Assembly: GCF_001194135.2 (NCBI RefSeq)
Contig: NC_068981.1
Coordinates: 99,437,319 to 99,501,318, forward strand
Direction: 5' to 3'
DNA from: Octopus bimaculoides
Lineage: Eukaryota
Length of the DNA: 64,000 bases
Part shown: positions 26,130-40,302 of the stretch, in pieces
Layout of the letters: every line of letters starts with the position of its first letter
Numbering within the stretch: position 1 is the first letter of the stretch
Notes under the pieces: model-generated
Databases searched by the model: none
Seen by the model: the letters and a program-made list of their open reading frames with translations, nothing else
What the model was told of the DNA's origin: nothing
Translations under genes and position numbers: made by a program

Positions 26130-26322
26130 GGGCGGTGACCTGGCAGAAATGTTAGCATGCTGGACGAAATGCTTATTGGTATTTCGTCTGTCTTTGTTCT
26201 GAGTTCAACTTTGCCTTTCATCCTTTCAGGGTCGATAAATTAAGTACCAGTTGCATACTGAGATCGATCTAATTAACTGGCCCCTCCACAAAAATTTCGG
26301 GCCTTGTGCCTAGAGTAGAAAA
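26130..26322 (+). mobile_element. SINE family A
   Basis: ggcggtgacctggcagaaatgttagc...tttgcctttcatcctttcagggtcgataaattaagtaccag. Confidence 0.85.
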
Positions 26323-29006
26323 GTTTATTTGTTATACTCACCTGCAAGGAATGTCACTCATATTATACCCCATACCCTCACAAACGGTCTCTGCACCCCT
26401 CTGAACTGCTTAGATTCCTCATTCCTGTTCTCACTATTTCAATCAATCACCTTTCTGTGCCTTTACCCACTGCCTGTTATCATTTCCCAACACCCACCTA
26501 CTATAGCCCCTTATGTATCTCCACCTTGATCTACTGCTTTGTTCTGTTCTCCTTTCTGAGCCACTCATTTATCTTATACTTTGCCCCTCTGCATACTGGC
26601 ATTTCCTACCATTTGCACCCCCACCCTTGTTTATCACTCACTATACAAACCTCTGCCTCTATCTGGTACTCTTTTATGAAAGCATCTTCTCTTTCATTCC
26701 TTCCCATGATCTATGGTCCTTGTCCTCTTTTATACTCACCTTCTTGCTCCTTGAGTTTACTTTAGCACCCCATAACTACCTTCCTCTTACCTCCTTCAGC
26801 CATATATCTCTATAGCAAAACATCTGTGCTTGTCCCTCTATCATACTTGCTATCAAATTCAACAACTGGCATACATCCACTCACTTCCACTCCCAAATAT
26901 TTCCTTTCAGTAGTTGAAGCTTTTTCCTTCCTTTTCTTCTCTGGTGGCATGAAAAAAAGCACCCTGTACGCTCTGTTAATTGGTTAGCATTAGGAAGGGC
27001 ATCAAGCTGTAGAAACCATGCTAAAGATGACATTGGAGTTTGATGCAGCCCTGCAGATCATTTATTCCTTGTCAAACTGTCTTACCCATGTCAACAAATA
27101 AAGATGTTAAACAATGATGATTATAAATAAAGAAGGCTTAAACACAAAAAGGTATTCACCATAAGTAAGCAATGTCAGAAGAGATCTCTACAGATCTTGT
27201 GAACTTCAAACTCTTTGTTGATTGCATCAACAAATCAGAAAACAAAGTCAACTTTCATTTCAGTTTCTTTTGATTTGAACTTTGAAAAACATAACTGAAT
27301 ATTTAGAATAAAGAAGTAATTTATTTCATTAAAATTCAGAAATAAAAATAATCTTTTCAAAAATGATATTTTAAAATAGCTTTCTCTACAAGTGAGATAT
27401 AATATAGGTGAGAAATAAAAAGAAAAAAAAATATCAATTTCAATGAAGGCAGTGTTGTCTGAGCAAACTTTTGTGGATAACTATTTTTAAACATGTCAAT
27501 ATCAGTAAAACAATGAAAAAATAAATAAATAAATAATTATAAAACCATGGATACATTTCTTACTTTGAACATACTGATTTCTTTTGGTGGGACACATGGC
27601 CACAAATTTTTAGGACATAGCTTAATCTCATATAATTTTAACAACTCTGGAAAAATAGAAAGCAAAGATGAACCTGGCACAATTTGATACCAAGAACACA
27701 AGGGAGGAAACTAAATATTATAAAATATTTAGTACAGCACCCTACAAAATTTGCTGACATACTGCCCATTTCACTCAGATTAATGATAATTCATAAAAGA
27801 CAATATTAAAATAGAAGATTGGAACAATATACCAACAATCATACTGTGAATAAATAAATAATTTGCCCAGGGAAGACAGCAAAGATTTCAATATAATAAA
27901 AAAGATTTAAAAATAATAACTGAGATATAAAGAAGATATAGTAAATTTATGAGTTAAGATAAGTGAGATCTCCAAATTAAATATTGCAAGTGGTGTCTCA
28001 AACACATGAACAACAAAATGGTGCTTGGAATGAAATCTAATTCATTTTAATCAGCATATAAGTGGGGAATATCTGGTGAGTATTTGTGACTGAACTTAAT
28101 TTAAACAGTAAACTTCACTACACAAAATATTGTGCACATCACCCTATTACTGAGAAGTATTATACTATGTTGTAAGAAAAGGGTAAGGAGAGTTTTGTCA
28201 CAGATTATTAAGAAGTTGCAAAACAACTGTTTTCCACATTAGATGAAACATTAAGAAGCAGTCAGTTGAAAGTTATGAAATTATCACTGCAAACTAATAA
28301 AACTTACCAGAGACCAGACTTGACTCTGCTGTATTCCCCCTTCACCCTGGTATCTGTTAACAGCAAAGTGAACAAGGTATAAGGAGAATCAAGGGTTTGG
28401 TTAAGGATACAGCACATTGGCAGTGACTGAATAAGAAATATTAACCTTTCTGCTGACATTCTAATTTTTCAGCTATGGCAGTTTTTATTAAAATAGTGTT
28501 TTGGTTTAATAATTTTTTTTTCCAAGTTAGGAGAGGCTAATTATGAAGACTGAAGTGTTTATGGCATAAAATAGTCTCAATTTTCATTAGAGTACAAAAG
28601 ACCAACATGAGTCCACTGCTAGGAGGCCTTAGTTTATGGATTATTTTACTAAATCAATATATGATAAATTTGAGCTGGAAGTTCACTGACCATTATTAGT
28701 TTAAATATGAAATATTTAGAAGATCTGAAACATAATGCCTTGGCTGTGGAGATTGAAATGTGAAAGCATCCTATTGTTCTCTTAAGTAAACAGAAAAACA
28801 ATTAGGAATCTCTTGCACATCTATTTCAGGATAATTGTTCCTCATCAGAAATATATTACTTTGAATCTAAATCATTTTATATACATATTTGATGTGTCAC
28901 TGCATGAAACTCTTGGATCTTGAGTCACTCTGTTGCTTCTGCTAAATATTAATAAAAAAATATAAACTTATATTTTGAGTTCCATTTTTCCTGTTTGCTT
29001 CACCAA

Positions 29007-29037
<31 letters not shown>

Positions 29038-30189
29038 CACAGTAGTTTACATCAGGATATAACATTAATAGCTGTTCAAATGTATATATAATATTTGCAT
29101 ATATGTTAGCCAGGTAATAAACTAGTTATCTAAATGATATACGCTTCAGGTATTCTGAATTATACCATGTTCTATATAAACATATATCATCTAAATTATC
29201 TAATTTCGTCTTTGGTCAGTGTTACGTGTTATCAGATTTGGGAATGTTAAACAGACTAGTATCTTATGCAAAAGTAGATTTATATCTCATCTGCTTAATG
29301 CTATTTATTAGATCAACAGCAATATGCCAGCTTTATGTATGCACCCATGGCTCAAGGCTACAATGATAATTTTTCCATTTCTAAATAAACATACATGTAT
29401 GAGTTTTCTTCAAACTGACAGTTTTAACAGTCTAAACTTTTATGAAAATATAATCTCAAGATGAACTGAAAATCTATATGTTAACATTTTCTAGAATTTG
29501 GATCACAAAATCTCAACTTTGATACAAGGGTATAACAGGCAAAAACACACACACACTGTTAAATGATGTATTGTTTTTCATTAAATGGTGAAAATAAATT
29601 TTTATTCATTTTTAGATACTATATATTATTCTTGGTCGTTCATCATTAAAAGTACTCCAAAAAATATATACAATCAACTTATTACATTAATCTACAACAT
29701 GTGAAACCAAGTGGAAAATGTGCAGAAAACTGAGAAATGATGGAAGAAAGTAGGAGAAATATGTTATTCAGTCAGCTTCAATGTTAGAGGTTTTCAGGAA
29801 TATTAGAAATAGTCAGTGAAGACTTCTTAGTGAGAGTGCAAGATTTTAATTTATTGGCAGCTTGTTATGAATTAAAAATTAATAAATATTGAATGAACTA
29901 TAGTTGAAAGTATCACACATGATTATGACAGGTACCAGATATAAAGGCAACTGATAAAATAATGAAAGAAATGGGTCAAGGCAGAAGATATATTAAAGAA
30001 GTTTGCAAAGAGAAGTAATACATGGACAGTGATTTTTCAATTACATTGTCACTGGCAGCACTTAAGAAGATAGCACAAGATTGCTACTTTACAAAATAAC
30101 AATAATACCTAAAAGTTAAAGGATTTCACAGATTAAGATGACTTATGGTACCATCAAATAATGCAAATTTTTTTTTATTAGTTTTATCT

Positions 30190-30400
30190 GGAGGAAGGGG
30201 CTATACCAAGAATAAATAAATAAATAAGACATATGGTACCATAAACATTCTGCTTAAACTGTTGCAGACTGACATCTACAGAAAAGTCATGAGCAAAGAA
30301 AGAGTTCCAGAGGATTGATATTCTGGGAAGAAAAGACCAGGTATAGTGTCTGAAGTAGTTAGTGTGGGGCTGGGGAGGGTTAGATACAATATGGGCAATG
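30190..30400 (-). mobile_element. CR1/L2-type LINE 3' tail remnant
   Basis: RHYTWSFLPRISILWNSF resembles the conserved SFFPRTxxLWNxLP tail. Confidence 0.6.
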
Positions 30401-31345
30401 ACTAGAGAAGAATGAGTTGAGGGATGTACATATGCACATGCGCGCACACACGCTCTCTCTCATATACACACACACACAAGGGAGCAGAGAGAAAAAAAAG
30501 TACAAAAAAAATCCCCCTAATTTTTGCAGGTTCAGGGAAAAGGAAAAATCATTTGAAGATTCACTGGAAAGAGGAATAGACAGAACTGAAGAAATGGTTG
30601 GCTTTCAATACCAGGGACATCTAGATACTGAATTTTCAACAATTTGACAGATATTAAACCAGGTCATGTTTCTATTTATGAATGTATATATGCACATGCA
30701 TGTTTTATTTTATATGTTAATGTATTAAAAAAAAAACTAATGAAAAGATACTTGCTACAAAACCAACAAAATTCCACCCTGGGGGATGTTTATTTTTATA
30801 CCAGTTAGTGAATACTGAAACCAAAAATTTACTTCTATCTGCCAGTCTATCTTCTATCAGACTACAGAATGTGCTGACCATGTACAAAACGGACAAAGCT
30901 ACACCAATCAAGAATAAGAAATGCAGAAATATCAGACCCTACAACCCAACTCTGCTTAGCATCAGAAGAGTACAATGAACACAATGTGGATAAGGAAACC
31001 TTAGAGCAGGACACTGTTAGAGTTAAGTAATGAGGAAGACAATATTCAATCTTGAACACACAATGTTTAGTTCTTAAGTTGTTAAGAACAGCTTGAAAAA
31101 ACAAACTCCAATTTCAAGCTAAAATTATTAGTAAATGAGAGAAGAATACAAATTTTTTCATCAGGAAGGTAACTTCACTGATTGTTTCATAAGAGAACTT
31201 GATAAAACACATTTCATAATACAACATAAATAGAATATAAATGATATTTCTATCAGCTTTCTTCCTTTGAATCATGATCCCAGTAAAATGATATATTTTC
31301 TAAATTGTTTTAAGAGAAGGACTTTAATAATATGATGAATTAGTT

Positions 31346-31561
31346 TCAGGTTTCATTGGATTTTGTCTTCGCAACATCTGTACAGCTTTTGCTTTCTTCA
31401 GATGTTTTTTTTCCTTCATTCAGGTTATATACCCAGACAGCAACATCACTGTGGGATCCATGAGCTAAGTAATGTTGATAACATTTAAGAAGCTCCTGAC
31501 AGCGTTGTTCATCTTTTTTGTTATCATAGTCAGGGTACTTCTCTTTCAAACGTTTCCGAGC
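31346..31561 (-). CDS. DUSP22: DUSP22/DUSP15-like phosphatase, coding exon 5 (ARKRLKEKYPDY...KSNET*)
   Basis: Acceptor (t)n-caag at 31563-31562, phase 0, TGA at 31348-31346. Continues exon 4 in frame and resembles the DUSP22 YRQWLKEEY helix. Confidence 0.82.
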   Translation of the reverse strand, partial: ARKRLKEKYPDYDNKKDEQRCQELLKCYQHYLAHGSHSDVAVWVYNLNEGKKTSEESKSCTDVAKTKSNET

Positions 31562-33258
31562 CTTGAAAAAAAAAAAAAAAAAAAATTTTTTTAACCAATC
31601 AAGTTTGAGAATGGCTGATATATTGAAGAACTGAAATAAAAGTCTTTCACTTGATTATATTTGTCTTTAATACTAATCAATTAAAATACAGGAAAATATA
31701 ATATTTTACAAAATATTTAATCTCTTTTCAAACAATCATTTTAACACCCATTCTGATATGGTGATCCAGCATTCATGTCACAACTCCATACCAGTACACT
31801 AGTCTCTCCTGTGTGCACTGGCCAGTAATGCCTTTCAAACTTTTTCATTTCGCTTGTAATCTATCCTTCATACAAGCTATCATAACTCATCCTGATTACC
31901 TCAGTTCCCTCCAGCCCAGCAGTGCTTTTACCATTCAGTTTATAAGACTGATCTTTACAGAGAAAGAAACCCTTTATCAGCAGAGATAACAGTTCTATGA
32001 ATTTCTTCAACTTTCGTGCACTTCATGCACTTTAATTACATCACCTGTAATAGAGACTATCAATTATGTTTACTGCACAGTTCATAAACTTCAATACAAA
32101 AGAGCTCACACTATTAACTACTCCTGTACATAAAGCATGTCTAAAGTCCTGTATTTTTCTATTGATCTAACAGAAATTCTACTGCATCTTTTTGAACCTA
32201 TTGCTTATATTGAGTATGCAATAGTCAGCTGCTACTCTGTTCCTATATCTCAAGGAAGCTTGGTGGGATTTTTGAGTTTTTGATATTAATTTACATATTG
32301 GACCTTTGCCAAATTGTTTTTGGCCCATATATCCAGGTTTAGAACTTCTTTTGCAGTTTTTTTATATTCCATATAAAAGTCTGCATGTATATGGACATTT
32401 TTATAATTTTTGCCCTGAAAGCTGTCTACAATGATGATAATATAATCAAATTTTAGATATTCTTTTTTTTATTTGTAACTTTTAAAAAATAAAATATAAA
32501 GTAGGATTGAATTGTAAACATGTCTACAATTTTTAATGCGGTAGTACTGCTTCGGGAAGCCAATGTAAAAGCAAATAAAAAGTGATGCCTAAAAAATTCA
32601 CTTTCATGTTTGATTTAGGCATCTACATATCACTAATGACTATCTCTCCCTAAATTAAATTACTTTTTTCTGATGACAATGGTTATTGCTATCTTACATG
32701 TACTGACCACCACTTAATGCCAGCTTATGGCTCAGGAGAGTTGCTAGAGTCTTCTTTGCATACTACAACTGCTAATGGAAAACAGGGTCCTGTCACTAAG
32801 AATGTTCAATCTACCACATTCAACAAAAACATCAAATATACGTTTAGTTTCACATAGACACAATATTTTGGGAAATCACTGGAAGAAGCAGACTTCATAC
32901 AGAAAAAAAAAAAGGTGATGGTGTATGAGAGAAAAAGCTGTTGGAGTATGGTGGTGACAATGATTATTGTTGTTTAGCCTCAAGTCAGCCTTAATTGAGC
33001 TGACCTATGGTCAAAGGTATTCTCCCAATTACCATCTAGTCTATATTTTTTTCAGGCATAGTGTATCTAAGACATCATTATTTAATGTATCTGTCTTTTT
33101 TTTAAGATGGTAGGATGTGATTTTAGAGAGATTTGACTATTTCAAGCAGACCAAATGACCATGTAGTGGCTTCTTTGATGGCTTCTGATCATGACGATGA
33201 TGGTGAGATGATAAATCAGAGAGATACATCCCTTTCACCATAAAATAAATTTACTTAC

Positions 33259-33430
33259 AGCTTCCAACCCATTCTCTTCATATTCTCTCAGTTGCTTTTG
33301 GAAACCATAGTTTGGGTTAGCACAGTTCCGTGCCCCTCTTATAGCATTCATAGATTCCCTCCAGCTCAGGCTTGTTATCGTCATTATATAGGCTACTGTG
33401 AGTGTTACACTTCGTGATACTCCTGACAAA
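33259..33430 (-). CDS. DUSP22: DUSP22/DUSP15-like, coding exon 4 (C-LSGVSRSVTL...NPNYGFQKQLREYEENGLEA)
   Basis: 172 nt, acceptor ttccag, donor gtaagt. The first base completes TGT, the catalytic Cys88. Contains AYIM and NPNxGFxxQL motifs. Confidence 0.95.
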
Positions 33431-33908
33431 CTGGAATTGAGATTAACCAATCAAGTAGACATATCTGGCTAAACTACATCAAAATGAAACTTGAAAACAA
33501 AATTTAAAAAAACAAAAAATAAAACAAAAATGAAAATAAGAAAAGGATAAAATTCCAGAAGATACAACTCTGATCATAAATTATTTGGCAAAGTGTTTAG
33601 AACAAGGACTGATGAAGTAAGATATTATAAAGGTGACAAAAAAATGAGAAATGAGTGTGTTGGATGGGCTAAAGAAGTGGTATACAATTTGCTTGTTCAA
33701 AGGAACAGAGGTAGTTGGTCAGTAGTTGTCTCAGCTTCAAGGGACATAAATCTTATTACAGTAAAAAAGCAAATATATAGAATTGTAGCAGCAACTACAA
33801 AATAGTTGTAAATGTCATACATTTTGTAACAAGGTCTTTTACAAGTGAGAAAGCAAATTTTTTTCATTGTGTGCAAAATGTCAATTGATAATTAAAATAA
33901 ACTCTCAC

Positions 33909-34033
33909 CAATGAATAAGTACACCACCTCCTTCTTGTCTAGCTTTGTGAATGAAGTCTATACTCTCTTCAAAATATTGGCTCAAACACTGTTGGGGATT
34001 GTCACTGGCAAAGATACATAGGTAAACTTTATC
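33909..34033 (-). CDS. DUSP22: DUSP22/DUSP15-like, coding exon 3 (DKVYLCIFASDNP...GGVLIH)
   Basis: 125 nt, acceptor ttattcag, phase-2 donor gtgaga. Contains the general-acid Asp at residue 57. Confidence 0.95.
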
Positions 34034-35440
34034 CTGAATAAAAAAATAAATAAAGCAAGGCTTCAAACTGGGGGAAAAATATATATATGTTTTAGAAGAA
34101 AGAAAAGATCTTAAGACCTTAAATGTAAAATATCTTATGTAAAAAAATATCATTTTTATTTAACAACTAAGAATTAGTTGTTAAATTTTAAGAGTAATGA
34201 AACTAATTAAAGCCTTGCAAATAGTTGATGTTTCACTTTTCTTCACACTTCAAAGTGCATTAGTAGCAAAAAAAAAAAAAAAAATTATAACTTGGAAATC
34301 TGAGATGCCACAGAAGACTTAGTAATTTTAAGAAGCGTGCACTAGACTAGCTTCTTCAGGTTCAGTATTGCAAGACAAGATACTTATAGATTATACAGTA
34401 TACCACTAATTATGGAAAAACAAAAGTGCTCCCACTATTAACTACTCCTGTACATAAAGCACATATAAAATCCTGTATTTTTCTATTGATACCCCATCTT
34501 CCTTTTATAACTTTGAGGATGAATTAAAACTGTCACTAAATAGCCTGTCACTCAATTTACTGTATCTGCTATGACTTGATTGTTAACAGAAGTGTTAATT
34601 TGTTATTAATTTACACATTTGACTTTGGCATATATGTCAGGTTTGGAACCTCTTTCGCAGTTTTTTTTTTATATAAAGGTCTGTATATCTACAGAAGTGT
34701 TATAATTTTTGCCCTGAAAACTGTCTACAATGATGATAATATAATCATACTAACTACTTTAACTAAGTCAATGATGAGTTATAGGATCATAATCTGATGT
34801 TAGTATTTATCACAAGGCAGTGGTTCATAAACAGTTTGCTGAGGCACATTGGATGTTGCAAGGTATATCTAGGTGCACCACAAATTTTTGCAAGTAAAAT
34901 GTAAGGTCACAGAAAATCCATGCTAATGTTTGAGTGTCATGAAAAGGAGTTATTTTCAATTTCATAAAACATAAAATAAGGAAAGCAATAGTTTTCTTCC
35001 ATTTGTTTTGTTTTTTTTACTTAATTTTTAATTCTAAAACAGCCTTTATAAACCTACCTTGTAAAGTGCACCAGGATTTTTTTTTCGTTCAATCAACACT
35101 GTCACAAAATCAAAAAAGACTGAGAATTATTGCCATAAGGTTTATATGTAGGGTTTCTGTTAGTCAGTATTGACCATGTATCTGTGCATGTATGTGCAGG
35201 CCTGGGCAAGCAATTGTCTATATGCGTAAACCTCTCCCACTCCATACCACTGATATTTATCCAAAGGAAAGGCCACTGACTTGAGGCAATACAGCTTGGC
35301 ATCAGTATCATCACTGGTGTTGTTAGAACACAAAGAACCAGAACAGTTACCACAAGACAACTCACCTAACTTTCTACCAACACTAATTTGCTGCCTTATA
35401 AGGTTTATAAGTGCTTTCAGAAGATAAAAGAGAAGCAACA

Positions 35441-35667
35441 TTAACCCTTTAGCATTCAGATAGCTCTTGACATATAAATGTTGATTTATTCACATTGTTT
35501 TGAATTAATCATGCATAATCTCATAGTTATGAGATTTTAATGATATGGTTGTTTATTTTTAGAATAACATCATAGAATAGGTGTAAGAAGTCAGATCTGG
35601 TCAGTTTAAACATAAAACTGGTAGAATATTTAGGCTGCATATAGCCGGTTTAAATGCTGAAGTTATA
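35441..35667. mobile_element. piggyBac-like MITE (TTAACCCTTTAGCATTC start, degenerate right end)
   Basis: ttaaccctttagcattc at ~35441 and a decayed inverted end aaatgctgaagttataa. Confidence 0.55.
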
Positions 35668-36024
35668 ATTATTGTAGAAGACGTCATTGATTTTTGTATA
35701 TAAAAACAGAAATGTATATTATTATTTTTTTTTTGTTTTTAGTTTTTTTTACATCTATATTTAAGCTAGACTATCAAAATATTCATTAATCACAAGAACA
35801 ACATGAAGTTATTATTCAGGCATTGAAAGAGAAAATGTAAGTGGAAAATGCAACTTTATTTCTTTAGATTCTTAGACTGTTTCCAGCCAATGTTGTAAAT
35901 ACATCATTATTCTTAAATCCTGTCAAGATATGGACTTCACAGGATATGGCAGGACCACAAGTTTGTAGTGGAGAGGCATCAAGAGTGGAAGAGTTAATGA
36001 AGATGATTATATTGATTTCAAATT

Positions 36025-36226
36025 TTGGCATAAGTCCAGCAAGTTTGGGGAAGGGGCTAAGTTGATTATATTAACTCCAGTGCTCAACTAGTACTTATTT
36101 TATTGACCCCAAAAGGATGAAAGGCAAAGATGACTTCAGTAGAACTTGAACTCAGAACGAGAAGACAGATGAAATGCCTTTAAACATTTTGCCCAGCATA
36201 CTAACAATTCTGCCAGCTCACCACCT
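36025..36226 (-). mobile_element. SINE family A, CpG-decayed, in DUSP intron 2
   Basis: aaggatgaaaggcaaagatgacttcagtagaacttgaactcagaac. Confidence 0.8.
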
Positions 36227-36553
36227 TAATGAAGATGATCATATTAACTCAGAGTTAAACTAAAACACTGCACTATAAGTTGAAGGTGTCGTTATATATT
36301 ATTTAGGCGAATTCAGCAAGTATGGGAGACAACTCCAGTCATATTTCAAACTTATAACTCCTCAGCAAAGCATGAATTTTTAACACAATAGCTGAAGAAG
36401 TTTTAAGAGAATCAGATGTACCATATTCCACATAAAAAGATGTACACTATTCCACATGAGCACACATAAAACTGTTACTTCGTTTAGATACCATAATTAC
36501 TTCAGGATTGTGTAGTTAATGTTAAAGAAAACTACATAAAATGACCAACTCAC

Positions 36554-36670
36554 AGCAAGCAATGGTTTGGCATTGTCATGAACAGCTAAAATATGAGTAA
36601 CTTGATTTTCTTTTTGTGCCTTTTCTTCTTTAGAATCATAGAAGTTTCCAATGTAAACTCCATCAAGAAT
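36554..36670 (-). CDS. DUSP22: DUSP22/DUSP15-like, coding exon 2 (ILDGVYIGNFYDSKEEKAQKENQVTHILAVHDNAKPLLA)
   Basis: 117 nt, acceptor tttcttttcag, donor gtgagt, phase 0-0. Matches DUSP22 ILPGLYIGNF...VTHILSVHD. Not in the ORF track. Confidence 0.95.
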
Positions 36671-39089
36671 CTGAAAAGAAACATTTCAAAAGAACAATAA
36701 AATTAATAGAAACAAATAATACACAGATATACCCCTTCACTCCTATAATACATTTAATGAAATGATACTTGAAATTTACCTCAATTGAACAATTTCTTTG
36801 TCCATGCTGTTATCAATAACATTTTTATATTCATATTTCGAATAAAATACTCTGCGTTGTGCATTTCAATTAATATTGAAAATAAGAAATAATTGATGAA
36901 TTTAATAAACTAATTAAATATCATTATTAAGCTGGTTTTAGATAATAACTTAACAAAAGCATTTTAAGGTTGGTGATGCTGGGTAAGTTGGTATCAAAAG
37001 TGTTAAGAAGTTACAAGCTTTTACCAGGTTACGTGTTGCATAAGTGATTCTTATCATTTAATTAACATTTTGCACAGAGATAGTTTGCACAGCCAGACCA
37101 GCTGATAATTCCTGTTCATGTCTATCACTCTCTTTTATGATATGCACTTGAAGTTTATTTCTCAGAAAAAATAATAAAGGCTAACTGTAGGATGACAGAC
37201 TTTCTCATTTACATCCTATAGTATTTTACATTTGAAAAGATTAATTCCGACTGAATATGTTTTGAAAAGACCAAATATACCACTGGCTGCTGTTTCCAAC
37301 CACAAAAATAGATTTGCAGAGCCTTATCATGTTGGAAGAGCTTAGTAAAAGATACAGTTCTTAAGGTGATGAGTAACCAGTCAGATGCAATGTTAATTTT
37401 AGTGAAGCTGGTGACCTTACCAGAGACAATGAAGAAAACTGACAGACCAATCAGTTTTCAGTGTTGTCCATCTCCTACACTGTAGACTGCCTCTTATGAA
37501 AATAGAAGAGGATGCTGAAGAATTGGGTAATGACAGTGTGATAGAAATAACAGCTATCTTTGGAAATTTATGACTAAGTAAATTAACCAACAAGATGGTA
37601 ATGTAACTGTGTTAGTTAAGTCCTGCCTGAATCTCATAATATTTTCTATTTCTTCTTGAGGAGAAAAGTGGCAAGAGCCCTAGAGCCTGTGCACAACTAA
37701 AGCCCCATAAGAAAATTAATATATTGGGTAACTTTAAATTAGTCTCAATCTCTGCCACCTACATTTGAGGTATCTCAAATAATATTAGTCCCCACATTTA
37801 CTACAGAAATATATGTTCTCCACCCCTATCCAAAATGGATCTTTACATCTGTCTCGAAAAATAAGTTTTTTCACAATATATAATTTCATGTAACATATAT
37901 ATCTCATGTTTTAAAAAAGGTATATCATGTCCTTACATGTCATACGTTGCAACCAAAAGGATCAGTATCAATCAAGAGGGTACCCTACTGCAAAATACTG
38001 CCTCAAAATGTCCCTTCCAGTACATGCCAGTATTCAAAATGGACACAAAAGTGATGGTATTTGTGTTTGCATGATTAGGTAGTGGTATATTGCAACTATT
38101 CCTAAGACAAGAACAGTTGACACCATCTGATATAGGGCTGCATGTACTAGGGCCCAGTCAAGGCATAGTTATGTGTTACTAATTGTTCACTGTGCTAAAT
38201 GTAATAGTTTAACCAGACAAAACTTTCCAGTGCCTGTTCTCCAAATCATAAATCAAATGGTGCAAAGGAGAGCAAACAATGGTTTGTATTTTGTCTTGGA
38301 AATTGCTTGCCTTGTAAGATTTTCTCTTTTACAGTAGATTCACAACTGCAAAGGCCACAGTCAGTTATGGCATCTAAACAAGGATGAGATAGAGAACACT
38401 AAACGGAGTAAGACGTTTGACAGATTGTCTGAACATGAAAACAGTACAGTACACAGAATCTATTGTCTAGCATTAGTGAGAGTTGGGGAAGAGGTTAGAG
38501 AATGATACAGGGATTAGTTTGAGGTCTCACAAAGGAATCATACGAGAGACTGAAAAATTACAAAATGTACTTACGGAGAATAATTAATGTGGACATTTTG
38601 GTTAACCTTCAGTTAACTACAACTATTTTTTTTTTCATTTCTTTGCCAGGGTCAGAAACTGGAGGTTAACCGAAATTTTTTTTAGGCAAAGAGGACATGC
38701 TTTCCATGAATTGGCAATTATGGAATTACATCCATAATGCAAACTTCTTGGGAGTCATAGAACTCATTATGAAATGCTAGGCTCATTATGATCTGTCCAA
38801 GTCAAACATACAGCAAAGGTTAGAGATTTACAAGAAAAGACGGGATCTGCTATAAATTTAGTATTACTCAGCATCATCTCAAATTAAATTCACCAGTAAT
38901 TGTGTGGATTATTAAGTTCAGAACTATCTAAACTACTCCGTGGTGGAGTAGGCAACATTCGCATTGCTAAGGATGATTTTAAACTTTTTTAGTCATTGTA
39001 AAATGAAGATTAAATGATCAATGTAATGAATGGATGGTTGGAGGGACGGATAGGCGGACAGTCAGTCAGACAGAAACAAACATGAAAAT

Positions 39090-39104
39090 GTTACTATAGG
39101 CAAC
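39090..39104. promoter_or_regulatory. RFX X-box-like motif (GTTACT ATA GGCAAC) in DUSP intron 1
   Basis: Fits GTNRCY-N(0-3)-RGYAAC. Motif match only. Confidence 0.35.
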
Positions 39105-40281
39105 ATTAGCTCATAAGCAGTGTTTAACACAAGGTTTCTTTTGAAGCGTTAAACAATTTCGAATATTACTGGATTTGTCAAATGTTACGAATTTTATGTT
39201 TACATTCTTCAGGTTCATAATTTCTATAAAACTGGTTCGCAATCTTCAATTTGCAAAGAACCAGTGAAAATATATAAAGAGACCATACATTTGTAATGTG
39301 TATCGGTTATCAGTAAACAGAATGAGTAACTGTAGCAGTCGATCGATAACTGGCGGGTAGCACGGTTAGTATAGGAGCAGTAATAGGTTTTATTGATACA
39401 TGTTTACAGCAATATTCCAGTGGTGGGTACTGAAACACTGAGAGTCATACGAATGTCACAAGACATCAGATCCACTGTAATTCATTTATTGTTATTGTCA
39501 AAAGTCATTATTATTATATATTAGAAATCAATACTAGGGTTAATGTAATCGCTCAACGGCTCCCTCAAAATTGTTTGCAGCGTGGCTAAATTAGAAACAT
39601 TATTAATAGTTACACATTTGTATTTTGTATATACATAATTTTCCCTACCCTTTTTCATTCATATAATTCAGTGTAAGCCCCTCCTACACTTTTTTGTGAC
39701 ATTACCTTGTAATGTCACTTCATCGTCGCCCTTATGGCAATAATAAAAGACAACATTATTATAATTATTATCGTCATCATCTGCTAGCCATGATGTAGTC
39801 GTAGTTGTCATCACATTGACTCAATTACCCTCGAAAATACTTATATCAGGGTAGGAACGATTCATATTGACAATCAAAGTTACGAAAAGATAGTTATTTT
39901 AACTATTTTGAAGAGAAACCAAATTCTACAGAGAAATATTTTAAGGGCGAGAGAAAAGATGCTTAAAGAGATAATCAAGAAGTAATTAAAATCAGTTGTC
40001 TGGAAGTTATAATAGTGAAAATCAAATAAAAAGAAAGAACGATTCATTTGACGAAGGGAGAAATATTCACACCTATTGTTTATTATTTCATGACGTTATT
40101 TCTAGATAATATTTGTATATTTTCTAAAGTAAATTATTCTCTAAGTTTCATTTTCTAAAATCAAATGCTTTTGAAATCATATTTAAAAAAACATTACAGT
40201 TGTAAAGGAATAAATGTTATTATAAACTGTAAGAAGGCTGTGCTTTATAACCATCAAATAAACAGTAGAGTTATTGCTTAC

Positions 40282-40302
40282 CTTGCTCATTCCAGACCCC
40301 AT
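40282..40302 (-). CDS. DUSP22: DUSP22/DUSP15-like, coding exon 1 (MGSGMSK)
   Basis: ATG GGG TCT GGA ATG AGC AAG followed by gtaagc. Matches the MGNGMNK/MGNGMTK start of DUSP22/DUSP15. The total spliced protein is 216 aa. Confidence 0.92.
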
